Below, in pieces: positions 58,259-64,000 of a stretch of DNA of 64,000 nt (position 1 is its first letter; every line of letters starts with the position of its first letter). Under the pieces are notes generated by a model, which saw only the letters and a program-made list of their open reading frames with translations, was not told where the DNA came from and ran no database searches. The stretch spans positions 2,208,001 to 2,272,000 of the forward strand of contig OZ242320.1 of the NCBI GenBank assembly GCA_965208125.1, read 5' to 3'. Both the position numbers and the translations under genes were made by a program. Source of the DNA: Candidatus Latescibacterota bacterium. GTDB taxonomy: Bacteria > Latescibacterota > UBA2968.

Positions 58259-58418
58259 GTCATCGCGGCATGCCGTTGTAGGGGACGGCCCCTGTGCCGT
58301 CCCGCGCGATCCAGAAGGTTTTGCCTTTAATCTGTGTCCATCCGCGTTCATCTGCGGATGCCTTTCGCCTTTGCCTTTATCCTGCACATCCTTTAATCCT
58401 GTAAATCCTGATTCTGAT
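58259..58418 (+). repeat. Composite repeat cluster (GTAG REP nested in a GTCAT..ATCCAG element, then ATCTG/ATCCTG repeats)
   Basis: GTCATCGCGGCATGCCGTT[GTAGGGGACGGCCCCTGTGCCGTCCC]GCGCGATCCAG... Confidence 0.75.
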
Positions 58419-58468
58419 TGTGTTTGCCTCAGTTTTTTATTATCATATTACTTACATAGAAAAAACCC

Positions 58469-58497
58469 TTGACACTGTGTTTTTGATTGCATATAAT
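58469..58497 (+). promoter_or_regulatory. Consensus sigma70 promoter
   Basis: TTGACA-17 bp-TATAAT with an A-rich region upstream. Confidence 0.8.
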
Positions 58498-58946
58498 TAG
58501 CCCGTCATATATTTAATATGGAGCAGTTCCCATGAACCAAACATCAAACAAAGCAGAAGGGGTGTTGATTTTTCCTAACGCATTACTCCTGAAAGCCATT
58601 GTAAGGATGTTGCATTGGTGTGTGTTAGGCTGTTTTTGGAAGGAGGTACTCGAATAAAATGGCGAGTTCATAAAGTATTCGTAACCTGTTGTTTTGAAAG
58701 GAATTAGAGAATATGAAAACAAGTCTGTTGAAGGGAGGGATATAAATTTGGATTTAAGAAGTGCTTCTCCGCTACGTCGCAAAGGTCGCGGCTCTCACCC
58801 TTTTCTGGGGTCCGGTCTTAAACAGCGCGAACAGCGCGAGAAGGTAGGGGCAATCCCTTGTGGTTGCCCGCAGTTTCGCTGTAGAATTAATTCGTTCGTA
58901 AACAATCATTTACTCGATCCTAACATTTTTTTAGGAGGTCGATAGG

Positions 58947-61900
58947 ATGAATTTTCACAAAACAATTGGCTTTTTGGCGGCTCTTTTGCTCATGGTGGGC
59001 CTTGGAGCGCCAGACAGTTTTGCACAAGATGTTCCCGGAACTATGACGGTGACGTTTAACGAGACAAGTGCGGATGCTGAGGCGGAGGGAACTACTAATC
59101 CTGATAGCGTGAAGGTGAGAGTAACATTAAATCCTGCACCCGATGCGGCTTTGACTGTAACTGTAGCTCTATCAGTAACCTCCAATGCTACTACTGGTCC
59201 GTACTCAATCACTGAAATGGATCTTTTAACAGCTCGTGCCAGTGTTGACGTCGTGGTGGATGAATCTGGCACAGGAGAGAGTGCCGCGGGCGTTTTCGTG
59301 GCAAGAACTGTCACAGACGCAGATGATCCTCCTTTTTATGGTCTTGCACGCTTGAATGCGAATGCCCCCGAACAGACTGGCGTACAAGCTGGCACATCGA
59401 CATACTCATACGCCACATACACGGCGTCGATTCCAATAAAAGATGTGCAAAGAACCCCATCCTCAAGCAAAAGTATAACCCTTGAGGTGAGGGGGGATCC
59501 GATACCCAGCCTTAATGCAAATGATGCTGGTACTCAGGAAGTGCCCCTGACCGTGACTCTGGCGCAGGCACCAGGAGCTGTTGATGGTACTAATGTTACG
59601 GTGACTGTGAATATAAGTGGGATCCTTGTCGCTACGAATGGTAGCGAGACGGTCATCACAGCAACCGCTGTGACTGTAGAAGGTGATGAGACAACAGAGG
59701 CAACACCTTCAGCTGCGATAACCTTACCGACAAATTCTGGCGAAGGCACTTTGATAGTGTACGCCGGTGCGGACGGCTACAGGACGGATGAGATAGAGAT
59801 TCCCGTTATAGGTCGTAGTGCTGAGGATGTGCAAGGTTTTCGTGTTGTCATTGCTTCTCCAGGACATGAAGACTGGGTGGGGATTGGCGACGAGGTTGAG
59901 GTTCATGTGATGCGCGTGAGTCGGCACGCTTATGACTGGACGCGGTTCACAAGTATTGCGGTTTCGTTGAGCGATACTACGGACGCGGACGCCGCTGAAG
60001 GCCACCAACCTACGTTTCTTTCTGCTTTCTTTGTTGATGATACTAATCAGAATGCGGGAGATCCGACGATAGCGCCCTCGGTGACTGTAGAAAATCTCAA
60101 TGCAGCACGCGATGGGACTATTGAAACCAATAATGAAGATGTCAGCTATGACAGGGCAACGGATAAGCTGGTATTTAAGATTGAACTGATGGAGGATGAA
60201 AAAAGTACAGTTTCTGCTGACGACTTTAAAGGCGTGTATGCTGCTGCTATATTTATGTCGGCAGGAGACGGTACCACCGCACTCCTCGACACACTCAACA
60301 GTAATGACACCAAAAAGAACGTTTTTACCAGCATGTCGCTTCTTAATGGCGTCCCTCAGGCGAATAGAAAAGTTGGTGATGGGAAGCTGATACAGGTTGA
60401 TGTTGTTCGTCCTGCTGATAGCGATGAGTTTGACGCAAGCTCCTTGACCGTTAACGTCAATGGAGATCCTGCAACCAGAACCACGAAGGTCAAGATAGGC
60501 GATGAGATTGAGGCGGAATTGGCCGTCAGCGGTTCTGTGCGTTTCAGAGATGAGAATATACGGCTTGCGATTATTCCTGTTGACGCAGCAGCAGCAAACG
60601 GCAGGGACAAAACATTCGCGTCAGCGACCTATGATGCAGATGACATATCTGATGCCTCAGGTCGTTCGCTGGGTATCTCTTTGGACGTGGCAGCCGGGAC
60701 ATTTAAACTCCAGGCACGCACCGGAGCCGTAAATCAACGCGGCTTCAACAGAGACACCGGGAAGCGTTTAAAGGCGTCCGATATGTTTGAAGTAGATGGT
60801 TTGCCTATTGTCGCCAGGATAAACACGATAGATCAGGCTGGCAACGTTTCGGCAACTGGTGTGTCTTCAGTGGCGTTTACAGGGGATTCGAGGAAGCCGA
60901 AAATTTCGGTTATCCATCCTGCTGCTGGTGATCACTTCTCAGCTATTTATGAGAATACTCGCGATCTGGAAGACTATGATGAATTTCTCATGCCTCTGGT
61001 CGTGCGGGTGGATGAAGACGGCTTGGACTCGCTCTATGTTTTTGCAAAGGGAGCGGATGCATACGCTGACAGGGTCAATCTGAATTCGAGCATCTCTGAC
61101 AGAGTTGGGGCGGCGAGCGCGAACACAGTGGGAGACACGCTTGCCTATAACACGTCAGCACTTGTATATCCAGAAGATCTGGCAGAAGATGCAGATGAGA
61201 GAATGAAGCTTATTGGCGGCGCAGGCATTACGCTGATGGTTGTCGCGAAGGACGCGTCGGGTAACGTAACTGAGGAGGCGATTGCTGCCACTCACGATGA
61301 AAATCCTCCAAAAATTACTGCCTGGTTCCCAAAGCGCAGTCTTTTGGAAGCGGAGGATGATGGATCGTACCTCATTAACGCTACCACGCGCCATCCGACC
61401 TTAACGCTGCCGGAAGCTGTGGATTCGATTTCGGTTTCTTACGAATCCCGTGGAGACGCTCCCGTTGTGGAGACAGTTTCGGGTATGAGGGCTAAGGGTG
61501 ACAGGGCAATCACAATCACTACGGATCTCATGGATGGTAGAACCTATACTCTGAGGATATTTACCCGCGATCTCGCAGGGAATGTCGCCATATCGGGAGA
61601 AGAAGAACTCACATTTAGTTCTTCATTCGCCAATCCGATGGCGAATGCGTTTAAGGTCACAAATAAGACGCAAAAGATTGGAAAAAATGCAAGCACTGGC
61701 GTGATTGCTGGTCAGGCATTTGTGTTGGAGATTATGGCTATTGATGGTAGTGGTGCGAAAGACCGTAACGTTTATACGTATAAGAACGATATGGCGTCTG
61801 AAGTGCGTATCAGTGCCTCATCCCCATCCGTACGCTTCTCGGGTGGTGGCGTGGCCGATAATGGTGATGGTACTGCCACACTCGATGCCGATGGTTGGAA

Positions 61901-63767
61901 CCTTGGCAAGCGCATGGTTCACGCCAAGTCGGAAATGGCTATTGATGCCACTACAATTACGGTTCAACATCTGGATGCTGCTGATGCAGAAGTATTCAAT
62001 GGCTCAATAGGAGGTCTCTACGTTGATGCGGCTGATTTCGACGAGTTTAAGGTGACCGCTATGCAAGGTGGCGTCGAGGTGGATGATCTCAATCCGGGAG
62101 CATTCGATCTTACGATAGTCCCGACTGACGAGTTTGGCAACGCCTCAACGAAGGCTTTTACGAAGCCTCTAAATGCAGCATTAACTGTCCAAGACTCCTT
62201 GAATTTGTTGGATAACAGGGTGTCAATAAATGCGACAAAAAATAGCACCGTTGAGTTCGATACCATTCCTGTTGATTTTCGTTCCCTTCCTGCTTATGAT
62301 GATCTCAGTTTGGGCTGGGACTTCTCGAAGGATGGTGATACTTTTTCTCTTAATGCTCCTGCAGATAGAACGAGGGTGACGATTACGATCTCTATAGTGG
62401 ATGATGATTTGGAGCCATCCAATGAACGCACTGCAGATATCAGAACTCAAAGAGAGAATTTCTCCATTGTTGCGCCTTTGATGCCTATGCTTACGCTCTG
62501 GGGGCCAAATGGTGAAGATTGGACAAACGAAACAGAGATCACGGTTCCCGCTGATGCTGCTGAAGGATCAATGATAACAGTTCTGGCACAAGGTTATAAA
62601 GATGGCAGTACGGTTACCTTTAGCGACGGGACAGAGGCGACAGCAGATAGCGATGGTAATGCGTCTCTGATGCTGCCTTTTGAGGCAGGCACTGTGACGG
62701 TGTCCGCTACCGCTATGATTAGTGGTCGTACAGTTGATGCGCCAGAAATGACTTGGACGTTTGTCGATGAGCCTGATGAGCCGATGCGTATGGCGCACTG
62801 GGCAGACGCGGAAATGACAGATCCCGTCTATCTCGTCTATGATCCGGAGACTGGACCGTCAGATTACACAGTTGGCTCGGATGATCTCATGGCCATTATC
62901 GCTGTCTATAATCAATCGGCGGATGCCAATATTCAGGCCGATACCAACGACGATGGTATGATTGACCAGGCCGACCTCCTTAACGTGCTCGGTTCCTGGG
63001 GCAAGACGGATATTAACGCTCCGGCGTCTAAGCCTATCGTTTTGCTGCCTGGCGTGAATGAGAATGCAGAGTTCTCGATCAGTCTGGGTAGTGAGCGCGT
63101 GGTCGCTGGCGAGTTGGTGGCTGTAGATGTTTCGCTTGCCAATGTCCAGGCTCTGATAGGGTATGGGTTCGCGCTCAATTACGATGCTACGAAGTTTGAG
63201 TTCGTGAGTGTTGCGCCTGCCGATGAGGATTTGCTCAAGTCAACAGGTGGCGAGACGGTGTTCCATCACATTGTTGCCGACGGTCAGATTGAAGTTGCCA
63301 CGGGTATGTATAATGGCACGGCAATTTCCGGCGGTGGCGACGCTGTTCGGTTTGTCTTCCGCGTGTTGTACGAGTTTGAGGATAACGCCAGGTTTGAAAT
63401 TGCCAACGGTCTGGTCTTTGATCCGAGTCAGCTTCAGAACCCGGCGGTGGTCGCAGGTGTGCTGGAACTCCAGAGCACGCCCAGAGAGTTCGCTTTGCAC
63501 CAGAATTTCCCCAATCCATTTAACCCGGATACGACCATTAAGTACGATTTGGCCGAGTCTGCCGACATAACACTCCAGATTTACAATGTGTTGGGTCAGG
63601 TGGTTCGGACGCTGGTCGCTTCTGAGGCGCAGAATGCGGGTCGCTATCAGATTCGCTGGAACGGTATGGATGATCGCGGAGTGCCGGTTTCGAGTGGGGT
63701 TTATTTCTACCAGATTTCGGCAGAAGGGAAGTTCCAACAGGTGCAGAAGCTGATGCTGCTCAAGTAA
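58947..63767 (+). CDS. Large secreted S-layer-like protein: Ig-like repeats, dockerin-like EF hand, cohesin-like domain, C-terminal FlgD-Ig/T9SS-like sorting domain
   Basis: AGGAGG RBS, signal peptide, acidic A/T/V/D-rich body with D.AGN motifs, ADTNDDGMIDQADL, GYGFALNYDATKFEFV, FALHQNFPNPFNP.T.I.Y...IYNVLGQ.VRTL...WNG.D..G..VSSGVYFY. Confidence 0.85.
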   Translation: MNFHKTIGFLAALLLMVGLGAPDSFAQDVPGTMTVTFNETSADAEAEGTTNPDSVKVRVTLNPAPDAALTVTVALSVTSNATTGPYSITEMDLLTARASVDVVVDESGTGESAAGVFVARTVTDADDPPFYGLARLNANAPEQTGVQAGTSTYSYATYTASIPIKDVQRTPSSSKSITLEVRGDPIPSLNANDAGTQEVPLTVTLAQAPGAVDGTNVTVTVNISGILVATNGSETVITATAVTVEGDETTEATPSAAITLPTNSGEGTLIVYAGADGYRTDEIEIPVIGRSAEDVQGFRVVIASPGHEDWVGIGDEVEVHVMRVSRHAYDWTRFTSIAVSLSDTTDADAAEGHQPTFLSAFFVDDTNQNAGDPTIAPSVTVENLNAARDGTIETNNEDVSYDRATDKLVFKIELMEDEKSTVSADDFKGVYAAAIFMSAGDGTTALLDTLNSNDTKKNVFTSMSLLNGVPQANRKVGDGKLIQVDVVRPADSDEFDASSLTVNVNGDPATRTTKVKIGDEIEAELAVSGSVRFRDENIRLAIIPVDAAAANGRDKTFASATYDADDISDASGRSLGISLDVAAGTFKLQARTGAVNQRGFNRDTGKRLKASDMFEVDGLPIVARINTIDQAGNVSATGVSSVAFTGDSRKPKISVIHPAAGDHFSAIYENTRDLEDYDEFLMPLVVRVDEDGLDSLYVFAKGADAYADRVNLNSSISDRVGAASANTVGDTLAYNTSALVYPEDLAEDADERMKLIGGAGITLMVVAKDASGNVTEEAIAATHDENPPKITAWFPKRSLLEAEDDGSYLINATTRHPTLTLPEAVDSISVSYESRGDAPVVETVSGMRAKGDRAITITTDLMDGRTYTLRIFTRDLAGNVAISGEEELTFSSSFANPMANAFKVTNKTQKIGKNASTGVIAGQAFVLEIMAIDGSGAKDRNVYTYKNDMASEVRISASSPSVRFSGGGVADNGDGTATLDADGWNLGKRMVHAKSEMAIDATTITVQHLDAADAEVFNGSIGGLYVDAADFDEFKVTAMQGGVEVDDLNPGAFDLTIVPTDEFGNASTKAFTKPLNAALTVQDSLNLLDNRVSINATKNSTVEFDTIPVDFRSLPAYDDLSLGWDFSKDGDTFSLNAPADRTRVTITISIVDDDLEPSNERTADIRTQRENFSIVAPLMPMLTLWGPNGEDWTNETEITVPADAAEGSMITVLAQGYKDGSTVTFSDGTEATADSDGNASLMLPFEAGTVTVSATAMISGRTVDAPEMTWTFVDEPDEPMRMAHWADAEMTDPVYLVYDPETGPSDYTVGSDDLMAIIAVYNQSADANIQADTNDDGMIDQADLLNVLGSWGKTDINAPASKPIVLLPGVNENAEFSISLGSERVVAGELVAVDVSLANVQALIGYGFALNYDATKFEFVSVAPADEDLLKSTGGETVFHHIVADGQIEVATGMYNGTAISGGGDAVRFVFRVLYEFEDNARFEIANGLVFDPSQLQNPAVVAGVLELQSTPREFALHQNFPNPFNPDTTIKYDLAESADITLQIYNVLGQVVRTLVASEAQNAGRYQIRWNGMDDRGVPVSSGVYFYQISAEGKFQQVQKLMLLK

Positions 63768-63787
63768 TTCGCCGATGGAATCGGAAA

Positions 63788-63815
63788 GTAGGGGCGAAAA
63801 ATTTTTCGCCCCTAC
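63788..63815 (+). repeat. GTAG REP hairpin (may act as terminator or mRNA stabiliser)
   Basis: GTAGGGGCGAAAAATTTTTCGCCCCTAC is a perfect palindrome. Confidence 0.85.
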
Positions 63816-63845
63816 CCGATTCCATTTTCAATAGAGGAGTTTGTA

Positions 63846-64000
63846 ATGTTTTTGAAAAAAAGTCTTTTGTTTACGACTGCTTTGGCATTGCTGTTGTTTG
63901 CAGGACAGGCTTCTGCGCAGGGTGTGTCGTTCAAACATGTTCCTGGTGAGGGTGGCACCGCAAACGCGGTCTCTGGATCAGCGGGTACGACCTTTGTTGT
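63846..64000 (+). CDS. Secreted protein, 5' part (runs off right edge)
   Basis: GAGGAG RBS; MFLKKSLLFTTALALLLFAGQASAQ signal peptide. Confidence 0.75.
   Translation, partial: MFLKKSLLFTTALALLLFAGQASAQGVSFKHVPGEGGTANAVSGSAGTTFV

Noticed and set aside
58760-58870. Cyclic di-GMP-I riboswitch (CGCAAAG motif)
   Set aside because: The P1 GGCAAA and GNRA-tetraloop features are not recognisable; kept only as an unspecified structured leader.

Overview
Bacterial chromosomal window. The style (secreted LRR and YWTD proteins carrying cohesin/dockerin-like modules and a FlgD/T9SS-like tail, many sigma54 elements, dense palindromic repeats) suggests an FCB-group organism such as Latescibacterota or Gemmatimonadota, possibly a sponge associate; this is inference only. 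The core comprises serS, a surface-glycosylation cluster (GT2, GT4s, GT-C membrane proteins, Wzx, YfhO-like), hisG-D-C-(enolase-like)-B, uvrC, xerD, pepP-like, degQ, a sigma54 regulator, a large TPR protein, ispE-rplY-pth-hppA-rpsF-rpsR-rplI, FGE and DUF151. There are three accessory patches. (1) 1-8.3 kb: a dockerin-LRR protein, an orphan DGR-target-like FGE fragment behind a sigma54 promoter with candidate enhancers, a cytoplasmic beta-propeller/Y_Y_Y-AAA+ activator, and decayed toxin-antitoxin loci. (2) 35-38.5 kb: a secreted 4x Cache-like protein plus an NCS2 permease fused to a degenerate HATPase-like domain, each with a 1-nt frameshift. (3) 54-58.4 kb: ~240-bp direct repeats, an Rpn-like gene with an internal RBS, YefM with a chimeric YoeB, and small membrane-anchored coiled-coil ORFs. 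The window ends with a strongly promoted S-layer-like 1606-aa protein. At least four families of short repeats are scattered throughout, several inside coding sequences. No rRNA, tRNA, CRISPR array or reverse transcriptase was seen.
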